From Takakia lepidozioides (taxonomy: Eukaryota > Plantae > Bryophyta), in the NCBI GenBank assembly GCA_030704615.1, contig CM060733.1, positions 1,612,001-1,676,000 on the forward strand: 64,000 nt of DNA, read 5' to 3'. The position numbers and the translations under genes are program-made. A model generated the notes under the pieces. That model had not been told where the DNA came from and did not search any database. It saw only the letters and a program-made list of their open reading frames with translations. Shown piece after piece: positions 50,966 to 64,000 of the stretch. The first letter of the stretch is position 1, and each line of letters opens with the position of its first letter.

Positions 50966-50982
50966 ACCCCGCATCTCCACCA
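50966..50982 (-). promoter_or_regulatory. Primer-binding site complementary to tRNA-Ala 3' end
   Basis: TGGTGGAGATGCGGGGT directly after the LTR ...AATCA. Confidence 0.8.
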
Positions 50983-51789
50983 TGATTCCGGCGCTATGGG
51001 TTTGTTCTCCTTCCTCTACCGGACTTAACCTTATCTGGGAAATGTAGTCGATAGATGGGCCTGGCAGAGAAGACGGAATCTTACTAAGAGGACACCACAG
51101 ACTCAGACCTCCAAACACTTTCATCCAACCACTCAAGCACACCGTTACACCCAACGTATGCTCGCGTAAGACCCAAAAAGCCACCACCCTCACTGCCACG
51201 ACAGTGAGGTTTAAATAGTATTAGGTCATAATCTAATCCTAGTGCCGCGTGGCACTTACACATAGGTCCACCAGATGCCCTTCCAGCACAGCCATAGAAA
51301 GAAGCCAGATTACCCAGTCCCATCCTAATCTAATCCTAAACTAGCTGTTAGAATAAGACAACCCCTAATAAAGCCATCAGCTGTTGTCAGCTCATCCTCA
51401 TGCGCAAGGTGTAAGTTCATCCAGACTTCATTCTGGCTTCGTCCATCCCTTAAATCATCCGGAGCGCATCCCTCCTCTATTCATCCATGTCGAAAAGTAA
51501 GGTGAGAAGGAATCCCAGCTCCACAGAGCTTTCTTCGAATAATGATTGGATATATATATATTTGAAATCTTGATATTTTATTATGTGAGGGGAAAAAAAT
51601 AACCCCTTTGGGGCCATAAGGCAAACACATCTGACGGTGAGGGACGAACCCAGAGTACTTTTAACGGAGAGAAATCCATCCCAGAGGATGAGGTGGAATG
51701 CTACGATTAAGAACAACAGCTATGAGAGGACCAAGAGCGAATCTAGTGCTCACGAGATGCGAGCTCCAAATGATATGCCGACTAGCCCT

Positions 51790-53117
51790 GACTAATAAAA
51801 CTCTCGGTAGATGCGTCAAGCTCAGCAGTGGGTGGGGTGTTACAACAAGAATGGGAAGACGGATGGCACCCAATTGCATATTTTTCCCGCAAATTGTTAC
51901 CTGCGGAACATAATTACCATACAACCGAACGAGAAGAATTGGCCAATGTTTTGGCTACAAAACATTGGAAGCACTATCTTGGAGATAAAGAGTTTATAGT
52001 GGAGACAGACCATAAACTGTTGGTGTACTTGGAGACACAGAAAGATCTATCGAAGAGACAATGAAAGAGACTCATTTCTTTTTAATGTATGGCGAACTCC
52101 CAAATGTGCCAACAACTCTCACAAAGTTCAAAATACCAAATGAAGAGTTATTCAAGGTAGCCGCGACTAATGCATTTGTGCAACAAATTTGATGGGGAGT
52201 ACGTCAAGCTAAATAGAAGCTGATGGTTGCCCAAAATCGTCAAAATCGTGCAAATGCACATCGACGAGATGAGGAATTTGCAGTTGGGGATCAAGTGTGG
52301 TTGTCTACAACCAACTTACACATCATTGGATCGTGAAAACTAAGGGCACGGTTCATTGGTCTTTTTTCGATCATAAAACGTATTGGAGCAGTAGCATACA
52401 AGCTAGAGTTATCACCACATATAAAGATCCACCCGGTGTTTCACATTTCTCTACTACGTCATTACGAACCTCGACCATCAATATTCAAAGATAATCAAGA
52501 ACCACAACCTTTACCAGAGTTGATAGACGGAAATAAAGAATGGGAGGACGACCGTGTTCTGAAAAAATGCACATACAAACGAGGGCGACATGAGGTGTTG
52601 GAGTATTTGGTTTTATGGAAATGATTTCCATTACATGAAGCTACATTGGAACCGGTGCAAAATCTCGCAAACGCTCAATTGACAATTCAAGCTTTTGAAA
52701 ATTCGAACAACGAAAACGTTGCTTCTTAAAAGAGGGGATGATTGTAACAGGGTAGAATCTAGAAGGTTCTAGATGGGGGAGGAAAATTCCCTAGAAGTTT
52801 TCAAAATAACTAGGAAGGTTCCTAGGAAGTTTGACTTAAGGAAGTTTGACTTGAGGCTCTCAAGTCAAACCTATAAGATATTTATATTATGAAGAGTATG
52901 TCAAATGTTTGAGAAAGTAATATTGTGGAGAATATGTCGAACCTAGGAAGGTTGATTTTAGGAAGTTTTGACTTGAGGATCTCAAGTTAAACCTTTAAAA
53001 TAATCATATTGTGAAGGGTATATAAATATGCAATGAAAGCCTAGAAGGCATCGAGTTGTTTTGGGAAAAAATTGAGAAATACTTCTATTTTAGTTTGTGT
53101 AGATCCTGGGTGTTACA
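51790..53117 (+). mobile_element. Chromovirus 3' fragment (RH, IN end, chromodomain, PPT, 3' LTR 52743-53117)
   Basis: WHPIAYFSRKL, VFHISLL, EYLVLWK; PPT aaaagaggggatgat; LTR TGTAACA...TGTTACA. Confidence 0.88.
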
Positions 53118-53479
53118 TTACCTAAACTCCAAACTCAGAAGCCAGCCATTGAAAGCTAATTGTTGTTGCGATTGAATGCCCCCTCCCAAATCCCCAGCAG
53201 ATCCACCACAACTGCCGCTGATTGCATTCCATATTTGTCGCCTTACCCCATGCTCATACCTGGAACAACAACAGAGAAGAGGTGGCTGGTATCAACAACG
53301 AGTAAAAACAACAAACCCTAACCCTAGCCGGATAGGGTTTCTGAGGAAAAACCACGTTACGAAGACCCGACAGGTCTGTTACAAGTGAAATTTTCCTACA
53401 ACCTATAACTGTCGAGTAGGATACCTCATAACCGGGTTTATAACTAGGTCATCTATAATAGTCCAACATTAGTCCGGAC

Positions 53480-53830
53480 AAGTGTTGGGTGGTTACTTGA
53501 TTTTTTTCATAACCCGCGGTTCCGGTTGTTTCAAATTTTAGTAAACTATTAACCTTCGGTTGTGGTTATTAGATGTTTTATGGCTAGATGTAACTTGCGG
53601 TTGCGGTTACTTGCAAAAACCTCAAATAACCAGTGATTTTTATCAAATAACCGTGGGTATTGGGCGGTTCTTTAAAAGGTTCTTTGCTCGGTTATTTGAA
53701 TGTCTGACCTCCACCCGTTCCTAACTGGACTGGTTACTTCATTTTTTCACTTCCGCCGGTCATAGATATATATAACCGGATAGGTAACCTCCGGGTATTA
53801 GAGAGAAATTTAAATAACCACCCAACATTG
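53480..53830. mobile_element. hAT-type MITE
   Basis: TIRs aagtgttgggtggtta / taaccacccaacattg; GTCCGG(AC) flanking duplication; ATAACC/GGTTAT internal repeats. Confidence 0.75.
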
Positions 53831-54716
53831 GTCCGGGTCCGGACGAATGTTCGTTTGGTACGTTATACGTCATGCAAAGAAAGATATCAAAAGCAAGTTG
53901 TTTTGTTTTGTTTTGTTGGCTCATCTTTAGAAACTACGCATCCCTGTCAAAAATCACTAAGCCCCTCATGTGCCTTCCCAAGGTGTCACCTCCTCTCCTT
54001 TGTTGAGAACTTCCTGATGTTCCTTCTCTAGGTAACACCTCTCTCAGGTTGTATATCTGATATTGAATAACTTATGAGAAACAAACAACTCCGCCACGAC
54101 AGGCTCTGCCCTCAAATTGTGTCTTATGTGAAATCCTACAAAGAAAGAGTAATCGTCATTGTGAAGATTGATCATGTCTAAGTAAATAAAGATGGTAATG
54201 GTTCATTGTTATATATTGGAAGTGTGTTTGGTAGTTTGAATGCAATATAAATTGGTTTGTGGAAATCTGGCCAATATGCTTCTGTTACACCAGATTCATG
54301 TTCATTTCCAGGGACATTTGCCTATATGTGGTTTAGCTGAAATCCGACTTTTGTGGTGCTTTCACTAAATTGCGACGTTAATTTGAATTTATCCATGAAA
54401 TCCAACAATTGCGAGATAGAGTTGTGTATGTTAGACCATGTTTTTGACATTGGTAGGATCAAAGACTAGTTCATCCAGTGACAATCCTTGCGAGCGATGG
54501 ATAGTTCTTGCTGCTGCAAGTTGAATATTCTTGTTATGTGATTGCGTTTTATCGACTCTTATATCTTTGATGATAAGTTCAATTGGTGTCCATTTTGATT
54601 CAATGGCGTTAGTATACAAATAACTGAATTTTTCTCTTGTTAGTATTCCAATCTTAGAGTTTTGAAATGTTATCCATATTATGGTTTTGTCGTGCAATAT
54701 GTTGTTGATGCTTTAA

Positions 54717-55720
54717 CCCTTAAACGACGAGGTGACCCGAATCAGGTCGCCGTCTTTTCATCCAGGAAATATTTCCCAGGGGATGAAGACGGATGAAAAA
54801 CCTTCCTAAAGGGGAAACGTAACGGCTCTCGAGCTCTACACACTCGACTTTACTGCGGCCGAAACTCACATTGCAGCGCCGTCGGTGTTTTTTTGAAGTG
54901 CCAAGGGGCTTGGAATTGGTGGCCCAGTGCCCTCCACGCGGGTTGACTCTATCTACGTGGTAGACAAGTGTGGCAAGTGGGCATGGGTTCACGGCGGGGA
55001 AGTGTGCGGGGTGTCTCTCTATCCGCGCGTGAAGACCCTCCCATACAGGTCGAAAGCGCGACGGGCTGGGGTATTCGCGCCCTTCACGTCGCGGGGTTGT
55101 GAGGGACGTGGCCCGGAAAACGTGCCGGAAAAGGTAGGCCGGTCCAGCTGCCACCAATTGCCTGAGTTGGATGTAACCAGAAATTTCACCTAAATGTACA
55201 CCCGGTCTTTGGGTTTTGGAATTTTCTTGTAAAATTTGGGCAGGCTTTTGTGCACTGTTGCACTGCACCTATCTACCGCTGGAATTTTGATTCCATTGTG
55301 GAATTTCTCTTCTATCGGGTGTTTCCACTTTGTAGAGTACTTATAGGCAAATTAACCCCCCCCCTATTTTCACATACAAACCAACCCCCTCCAAAACTTG
55401 TTGTTTGGATCTGAAAATTGGTGTGAGTGTCCTGCAGGTGCCTGCCATTCAGAATGCGGAGGGCATTTCCACAAGAAAAATAAAAAACATTGGGAAAATC
55501 CATGGTCAAAGGAGAATATGCAAGGTGAAATCTGATGGACTTGAAAAACAACAATACAAAATTGTTATAATATAACAATTGGAACGGTAAAAAAATCTGT
55601 AATTTTTCAGGTAGGAACATGTAGTAGGTAGGATGAAAGTTGTAAGGTTCATTTCCCTAGATGTTTGGGGCCAAGGAGATATGCCCGTGGCCCACCAAAA
55701 AACAGCTCGTCGTTTAAGGG
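54717..55720. mobile_element. Second piggyBac-type non-autonomous element, inserted in the Helitron helicase
   Basis: TTAA|CCCTTAAACGACGAG...CTCGTCGTTTAAGGG|TTAA (perfect 15-bp TIR); removal restores DDDIFKASTTYC. Confidence 0.9.
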
Positions 55721-56506
55721 TTAAATATGTCATCATCTCCATCAGATGTTGTGTAATTTCCAATGCATAATTCTCTAACGTATCTTTTTTTATATAAATC
55801 GCAGAATGCAATCCTGCGGTTTTGCTTGGATCGTTTGGAAGTTTGTAAGATGGTGGACATGATGAGTGATGAATGTCCGTTGCTTTGAAAACAAATGTGG
55901 GACTTGATGTATTAGTGAACACATTCTCATTGTGTTTTCATACGAATATATTGGTATAAAATAAATATGGAATGATAAGATCTTTGGGTGGCTGTTGATA
56001 ACAAATTGAATTTATGAATTATATATCTTCTATGGTTTGCAGGACTATTCAAAGTTTCTATGAAAGGCATATCATGTATAGTCTCATAACTTTGTTTAGT
56101 TCATAGCATTGGATATTTGTTTGTCATGCCATGCCAATTAAAATTTTGGTGCTAATGCGTTAACATTGTCATTTACGTTTAGAAAGATTCAACTGTCTTC
56201 ATAGGGGGTGTTTGATAAAAATCATCTGTCATGATGAGATCAAGATTACCAAAGAATTTATTTTGAATATGTTATATGGACCTTAGTCTATTGTCTATAA
56301 CGTTTAACATTCTAGCACCAACAAGTGATACTTTATCTATCAAAACAAGTTGTAATTGTTCATATCGACATGTCAGTCTGTTTTATGAGTCTGATAGGTT
56401 TGGCAAATTTGATAATGATTGTTGAACATGTATGTTTAATGCGGAACGTATAGTCGAATGCATTAATAGTTGAACCACTGGATAAAATAATAATAGTTGA
56501 ACAATA

Positions 56507-56554
56507 TTGATACAACATTAATACAACATTAATACAACATTGATACAACATTAA
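56507..56554. repeat. 11-bp tandem repeat (TTRATACAACA x4) inserted in the helicase frame
   Basis: ttgatacaaca ttaatacaaca ttaatacaaca ttgatacaaca. Confidence 0.85.
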
Positions 56555-57176
56555 GAGTTGAACAATATTGAATGCAGCTTTACCTGTGGATGCCGTGAGC
56601 AGAGCTTTGGTTTTCGTTAGATCCCAGGATATATCTTTGTTGTATAATCGCAGTAAGCCTTGAATTATAATTTTCAATGTAAAAGTTTTACCGGTTCCAG
56701 CACCCCCGGTAAGAACAAACAAATTGGTGAATCAGGGTACAATTTTTCTTTTGCATAATATCATCAAAGATTAGTCTTTTTTCTTCATTTAATTGTCTAA
56801 CTAAACTACAATATTCAGATTCGTCCATCATCATAGAATGATTGGATTTTGTGAAAATGTCATCTTCCGACATTTGCGATTTTATTATTATTTTATCGAG
56901 TGGTTGACTGAATTACAACATCGGATCATAAATCATATTGTTCAATATTGCATTTAAGCATGTAAATTATTCAACTCACAATCCGTGTTGTCATTCCAAA
57001 TATTAGTTGTATGCGATGATCTAGATTTTGCAAATAGATTAAATCATCTATAATTGGATGTGACATTTTGTAGCTGAAAATAGATCTAATTTTTGAAATT
57101 TCATCGTGCACTTGACAATATGCATCATGCCATGTGATATTGGTTTGAAGTTGTGAATTTTCTGAGTTTTTGATAG

Positions 57177-57568
57177 CAGGGCCATACTGGACGCTAACAG
57201 CGTTGGCATGATGTGCGTTGATTGACGGCGGCCGGTTGACAGTGGTGGTTGCCGCGGCCACACATTCTTAGCTGGCACCGTTTCGACGGGAGAGATGTGG
57301 CCTAGAGCCGACGGCTCAGATCCGCCCGGGAGATTCACCACATACGACATTTTTCACTCTTTATCCTTTTTCGTGGAGTACTTGCATTGGCTGCGCAATG
57401 CCAAGGACGTGCGTGCACCTCCACCATAACGCAGAGTCATCTGCGTTAGGAAACGCCGTCGAGCGGACGAGGTGGCGGCAGTGTAGGAATTGCCTGACAC
57501 CGCTGCGTGCCAAGGTCCCGCGTTATGGGAACCCGCGTTGGCTTACGCAAAGAGCCAGTATAACCCTG
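57177..57568. mobile_element. GC-rich TIR element (MITE) inserted in the Helitron; TSD unresolved
   Basis: CAGGGCCATACTGG ... CCAGTATAACCCTG; Helitron frame resumes on both sides. Confidence 0.65.
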
Positions 57569-57689
57569 GTATGAATGGTAAATATAATAGAAGTTGTTCT
57601 CTTGACCAATTTTCAATATCTTTATGTTTATTATAGTTTACATACCTGATGATTTTGGATTAGTGACATTTGTCTTCATTTTGCAAACT

Positions 57690-58700
57690 TATGACAAAAG
57701 ATGAGACTCTTTTTGGGTTTGTTTCTGATTTTTTCTTTGTCACATAATTCCAAAGTCGCGGTAGTGCACATGACCATGGACTTTTATAGATTAAAAACGT
57801 GCCTATGTACGGAACACACACCAACAAAGAAAATGAACGATTTGTAGATATGTATATTTCTTGTGATGTATCATTATTACCAAATGCACTACAAAATGCC
57901 CAACAACATCAACACACACATACATGTAAGGAGAAAAAACCATGTTGTTTGTTCCATTATCCATTACCTCCCATGCCCGAAACAATAGTCCTAGAACCAC
58001 TTGAATTCAATGATAATTCTTCATTTTCAAAACAATACCTACAAACACAAGCAAATAAAATATTCCAAATTTTGAAAGACTTAAAAATAAATGATGATAT
58101 AACAATTCTTTAAAAAAAAAAATTAAACCTCAACGAAAGCACATATATATTAAGCATAAGGAGTGAATTAACAAAACCACACATCGAACTCCGACAAACA
58201 TAAAAACCAATGCATTTGATATACGTGCTGCTCATTTGTGATTTGCGATCACCGATATCCAATTTATCTTGGATCCATATGCAGCTGCAACGTATTGCAC
58301 GTCATATAAATAATAATAATAGATAAGTCGAAACATTAGAATTACATTCTATCATGCAAAAATGCATCGTAGATAAAATAGATGCAAATATAAGAATTCA
58401 AAAATTGGGCAACGCTTTTCTTAATTATGCTCAACAAATGTCTGCTCAGCTTGTTGCTTACCTTGTGTTTTCTTTACCGTTATATCATTCATCTTGACCT
58501 TTTAAATTTATCAACACTTCTCTTTTTGAAGACTGTGCTTTTGTGTTAAAACCATAAGCCGCATTGAATCAACTAGAGCCGGATTCAACTGATATTATGT
58601 GTTCATCAATCATAGATAATTATATTGATCGTGCTATTCATTATGAATCATTGTCATTAGCCGAGTTTGCCTCTTTTTTTAACATACAACAAAATAAAAT
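57690..58700 (+). mobile_element. Helitron Rep (HUH) region, inverted relative to its helicase
   Basis: FQSRGSAHDHGLL, HQHTHTC, FHYPLPPM, TDIQFILDPYAAATYCTSY, QQMSAQ, SLAEFAS. Confidence 0.88.
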
Positions 58701-59301
58701 TCTCCCAACTGTGGCCAAGACAGCAGCTCGTCCTGCCCGAGTCGCCCACGAATGACTGCCTAGGTAAACGCTTTTCGATCTCTTTTGCATGCAGCTTTTG
58801 TAGCAGGTGACCAACGAATGCACCTTGTTTAGGTTCAGCCACCTTCCGCCTTTGCTCTCTTCTCGCCTTCAGTATTCACGGACTTGCGAGCCTCATCAAT
58901 GGCCGTCTCCTCCAACTTTTCAATCCAATAGTCAGAGGGGACATCTAGAGGGATTTCATCGTAGTATCTTGCACACGTTATGGGGTCGGTTCAGATCCAT
59001 TGCGCTATGTGAGCAGATCTGGGAGATTTAGTTTTTTAGCATGTAAGGTGTGTAAAGCACAATAACATATATAGAACTGGGAGCAGACGAGGACGGTGGC
59101 TCTATATGCACTCCATCTTGTGATTCTTGGAAGGACAGATCAATGCTGGCGGCCTGGAAGCCGCCTCGGTATTTGTGGCAAGCCATTGCTGCAGTAATAA
59201 TTGCGGGCCAGGAGTTTGCAAATTCGAACAAAAGAAAAACTATTTTTGTTGGTTCCTCACCAATATAAAAACTTCTATGTGGATCCAAGGGTGAAAAGCT
59301 C

Positions 59302-59333
<32 letters not shown>

Positions 59334-59549
59334 TCCTTATCAATTTGGTAGACACATGCGATAAAAGGGTATTTTTCTAGGGGGTATTAATCTAATTTTT
59401 TGGTTTTCTCTATACCCTATAATTATATAATCTTCTAATATATAGCATTTTTGAGTAGGCTATTTCTCTTATATTCAGCAAGAACCATGAATATTTGACA
59501 TGCTATATTAATATAAGAATAAATAAAATAAATCTTTACAAAGCAAATA

Positions 59550-62500
59550 TATCGCGCAACTCACTTCGGTAAGCTCTCCCTTCAAGTCATAGTTATTCGC
59601 TTTGATGCGCACGCCTAACTCCCAACCTGGCCGCCGGGCCAACTCGGAGCTTCGGCTGCTCACCGGGACATAACGGTCCCCCTTTCTTCCCGCAACAAAC
59701 CCTCCACCAATTTGGGCCTAGTGCAAATTCCCTTTGGTAGATGGCAGTCCGGAATAGCTCCCCACTCCTTGGTCGTTTTCCGGCTCGCTCGCTTACTCAC
59801 TAGTTTTTGGTCACCAACGGGTTTGCACCGTTCTCGGGGTTACTACTCCATATATATACTTTTGTGACTGTCCGCAGGGGTTTCACAAACAACCATGTCA
59901 TTTTATGGTGAACCACCACGAAGACCCTCGATTCCCGGTGATGAGTCGCGGTGAGTCTTGGCCCACCCATCACGGCCCCATTGGACCGTGGTGAGTCCCA
60001 AGACTCCCCACGACTCCCACCACAAGGTCTCCGCCCCATGGTGAGTCATATGTCACCCCCACTAAGTCCCACTAAGTCCCACTAAGCTACCACCACCCCT
60101 TGTGGAGCCACCCCCACCGAAACCCGGTGTGCGGGGCTCCACCTAGTGAGCGCCTCCGCCTCCTTGAGTGCCTTGGGCACTCAAGGGTGCTTCATTCCCT
60201 CGTACCTATTGCTGCCACCGCCCCCACCACAGGGGCAACCCCTCTGCATCCCGACCCCCTGCCCTCAAGGCAAAGGGCCGCGACGCACACCCCTACCAAC
60301 ATGGAGTCGATGTCCTCATCGACTTGTCCATTTTGTAGAAACGAACATCCAAGTTGTGGCGTCCCACATCAAGGAGTTTGTTTCTGTACCAATGGCGTCC
60401 CATGGCATAGAACCAAACCCCCACTTGACTCTACTCTCTACTAGCTAGTTCAGCCGACTTTCTCCAAGTCTCGACCAAGGGTGGAGCCTCTCAAGCTCCT
60501 TCCAGTGCACTCTTCTTGGCCCACTTCAAGGCCAAGGAACGATCATCCCCGAGGATCGAATCGCCTTACTGCAACAACATTTGTTTGCGACCGCTCGTGA
60601 TGCCACTTTTTGGGCATCACCTTGAGCAAGGGTTCACCTTGAACCCTTTTTTGACTAGGGAGATAACCTTGAACCAACCGTGCGCCCCAATCACTACAAT
60701 TGGGTCTGCCTTGGAATGTTGGCCTGAGGTACGGGAACACGCCGAAGTCGCACTACGACTTCGTCCCGAGGCTACACGATTATAGTACGTGAACGGAAGC
60801 ACGTAGCTTCCGCGTTAGCCCGCACTACAAGGCAACCCCCTCGGTAGCGCAGTTATAGTATGCGCACGCGCCAGGTGCGCACTTGCACGTGAACTCCCAA
60901 AGAAGGCGCAAGTTTTTTTGCCCCTTGGGTGGGAGTCACCCGATTTCGGCACTGCGCAAACACACGATTAACCCAATTTATCTCTCCCACTTTTGTAAGC
61001 TAGCATGCATTCTACACACTAGCCAACCATACCATGCATCACCATTCCAAATAAAATAGGACACACAACATTTGGAAACCATTTCATTTATAACAAAATT
61101 TGTACAATACAAGTTTTTGCAATCGGATTCCTGAGCTAGCTAAGTCAGGCTAAGCATGCATTTCCTCCCCCACGCTCCAAGGTTGATGTCCCCACCAACA
61201 CTTCTTCCGCTTTTGAGGTCGCCCTTCGAAAGCTGCAACCGCCTCGGATGCGTTTCCTATTTCTGAGGCACGCACCCAAGATGCCTCCACATGATGATAG
61301 CCCTTCCATTTCACGAGATGCTCCGTTTCTCAATTCTCGAACCACCTCGACTTAAGCACTGCCTCCACCTCGTACTCAGATTCATTTTCATGATCTAACA
61401 GCACAGGTGGTGGACGCAACACTTGATGCCGATTCGGACGCGCTTCATCTTTGAAGTAAGGCTTCAAAAGGGAGACGTGGAATACCGGATGCACCTTGCT
61501 ATTTGCTGGCAGCTCCAATTCGTACACATCCTCGTTCATAATCTTCCGGATGCGAAAGGGCCCCGCATACGGAGGTACGAACTTTGGACTCACTTCCGGA
61601 GGTAGTCGAAAATTCTTGATGTTCAACCAGACCTCCGTGCCTCCCTCAAACATAACCTCCCTCCGCTTCTGATTCGTCTGCTATTCATACCGTTTCCTAG
61701 CTTTAGCGATGTTGTACTTTACGAGCTTCAAAAAGCGCTCGCGTTCCTCCAACACCGCTGCTGCTGCCGGTTCCTCAACATCTTGGGCAGCCCAACTTGT
61801 CGGCACTAGAGGTGCTTTTCCATAGACCAATACGAAAGGGGAAACACCCATTGCGGAGTGTTTTGTGTTATCATAACAGAACTTTGTCGCGTCCAAGTGC
61901 TCCAGCCAGTCCGATTGGTCCGCCGACACGTAATTCCGCAAGATCTGCTTCACCACGGAATTCACCCTTTCCGTTTGGCCGTCCGTCGTAGGTCGGAAGG
62001 CGGTGCTCATCTTGAGCCTCGTCCCCATCTTCTTCCAAAGTGCCCTCCAAAATTTACTCGTAAACTTTGGATCGCGGTCCGAAACAATATCCTTCGGGAG
62101 TCCATGATGCTTGAAGACGTGGGCAAAGTAAAGCCGCCCCGTCTCCTGTGTCGTTGCCGTCTCCTTGGTGGGGATGAAATGGCCCATTTTACTGAACCTA
62201 TCCACCACCACCATGATTGCAATCGAATCCTTTTGACAGCGTCATAGCAGTCATGAAATCCATCGAGACACTTTCCCAAGACCCTCTGGAATCGGCAAGG
62301 GTTGTAACAGTCCCGCTTGTTTTTTATACTCGCTCCGGTTTTGTTGGCATGTGGTGCATGTCTTGACATACTCATCGGCCTCCTCCCTCAGTTTGGGCCA
62401 GAAATACTCTTTCTTCAAGAGTGTCGCGGTGCACTTGGCTCCGTCGTGGCCCGCAAGCGGACCATCATGGCATTCTCTTAAGAGATTATCTCTTATCCCT

Positions 62501-64000
62501 CCCTTCGGCACGTAGAGACGCTTTTGCTTGTACCGGAGCAGTCCATTTTGCAGTGGAACTGCGATTTAACCCCATCCTCAAGTCCCGCATCACGGACTTC
62601 GCCATCTCATCCTTCTGGTAAGCCTTCCGGATCTTCCTTTGGAGCGTTGTCTCGCCCCTGTACACCATCATGAGCTGCTGCTTTCTACTTAAAGCATCGG
62701 CCACCACATTGTCTCGTCCCGGTTTGTACTGGATATCCACATCAAACAGAGCCAAAGTGTCTTGCCACCTAATTTGTTTTGGGGACAACTTAGGCTGCGT
62801 GGCAAAATACTTCACAGTGACATTGTCCGTGAATACCTTCACCGGGTTGGAAGCAATAAAGTGGCGCCAAAGCTCAAGGCAATGCACCACTGCCTTCATT
62901 TCTTTCTCGTCACTCCACTTCATTCAGTTTCTTACTTTCGTAAGCCACTGGACGTCCATCTTGCATGAGTACACCCCTAATGGCGAAGTCCGACGCATCT
63001 GTATGGATCTCAAATGGACGGTCGAACTCGGAATTTTATGACTGACTTTTTGACTGGAAGCTTCCGCCATCTGCTTTGCTTCAAACTCGGCAAAAGCTTG
63101 GCCACAAAGGTGTTCCATACCCAGACTTTGGATTTACACAGGAGGTCTGACAGCGGCCCCGCGATCTTGGCAAAATTTCTCACATACTTTTGATAATAGG
63201 AGGCAAGTCCTAGGAAGGATCGCAATCACGGGACCGAAGTCGGAGGCTCCTAGTCCAAGATCGCCCTCACCTTTCTGTCATCCATTTTGATCCCATCCTG
63301 TGTAATCACATGCCCCAAGAACTCCACTTTTGTGACCCGGAATTCGCACTTTGAAGCTTTGGCATACAGCTTCCCTTCCCCGCAATTTCTGGAACACCCT
63401 TTTGAGGTGCTCCAGGTGCTCTTCCTTTATTTTCGAGTACACCAGTATATCGTCGATGTATACGATCACAAAGTCATCCAACCACTCCTGGAAAAGGCTG
63501 TTCATTAGCGTGCTAAAGGTCGTGGATGCGTTGGTGAGCCCAAAAGCATCACCAAGAACTCATATGAACCATATCTTGTCCTGCACGTGGTCTTCTCCTC
63601 ATCTCCTTCCGCCACTTGGATCTGATGATACCCGGAGCGCAAATCGATCTGGCTGAAATACTTCGCTCCTGCCAACCGATCGAAGAGGTTGTCGATCCTT
63701 GGCAAAGGGTACCGGTTCTTGATAGTCACCTTATTCAGGGCCCTGTAATCGACACACATCCGCAGCGTCCCATCCTTCTTGTCTGCGAATAGCACCGGGG
63801 CTCCGTAAGGTAACTTACTCGGCCGGATATACCCCTTTGCCATTAGATCCTTGAGCTGAGACTTCAGCTCGACCAACTCTCTATGGCACAACCGGTAGGG
63901 CGCCTTGGCAGGCAGTTTCGATCCCGGCATCACCTCAATCTTGTGGTCAACTCTCCTTTGTGGTGGCAAGCCGCTTGGTAAATCCTTTGCCATCACATCC
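59550..64000 (-). mobile_element. Chromovirus Ty3/gypsy element: RT-RH-IN-chromodomain, extended 3' region, PPT, 3' LTR 59550-60285; runs off window
   Basis: [64 protein letters not shown]; PPT ggtaggggtgtg before LTR. Confidence 0.95.

Larger units (their letters stand above)
43867..51278 (-). mobile_element. Ty3/gypsy LTR retrotransposon: extra 5' ORF, gag, PR, dUTPase-like, RT (core displaced), RH, IN
   Basis: LTR-matching segments 43867-44158 and 50983-51278; VIDIGCTMS/VLLGLDW (PR); QTDASD (RH); GHLG..CVPC, VGLDLVGP, ILTDQGTEF (IN). Confidence 0.93.
54420..57690 (-). mobile_element. Helitron PIF1-like helicase region, degraded and interrupted
   Basis: LTGGAGTGKTF, TASTGKAAFNI, QLAAARTIHRSQGLSLD, KIIRYVNYNK..REQLLLYLPF. 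Confidence 0.88.

Noticed and set aside
53313-53327. Telomere-like AAACCCTAACCCTA
   Set aside because: About two units only; telo-box-like, not an array.
59302-59330. Poly-G run (also about 21987-22014)
   Set aside because: Simple homopolymer with unreliable length and no supporting context.

Overview
Gene-poor, transposon-dense eukaryotic nuclear DNA. It is most likely from a non-seed land plant (inferred from GT-AG introns, an AMY1-type alpha-amylase, an omega-amidase exon and the TE lineages). Nearly all of it is decayed or nested TEs: a CACTA/En-Spm element (TnpD + TnpA), a MULE transposase fragment, LINE fragments, three Ty3/gypsy elements plus solo LTRs, a Helitron, and hAT-, mariner- and piggyBac-type MITEs. 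Host-gene remnants are an intronless alpha-amylase pseudogene and one omega-amidase exon. Main highlights: (1) the CACTA TnpA splices in frame to a C-terminal FCP1/NIF-type HAD phosphatase-like domain, missed by the ORF track because it runs off the left edge; (2) two paralogous genes share an unfamiliar C2HC zinc-finger domain, one embedded in CAG(C)AGACT motif arrays, reminiscent of VANDAL/VANC anti-silencing; (3) two clean TTAA-flanked piggyBac-type MITEs in plant DNA; (4) a gypsy element with a tRNA-Ala PBS, an extra 5' ORF and a dUTPase-like domain; (5) four unrelated elements each have coding segments locally inverted or relocated. All calls are by eye from motifs; no database search was run, and boundaries lacking a TSD or splice site are approximate.
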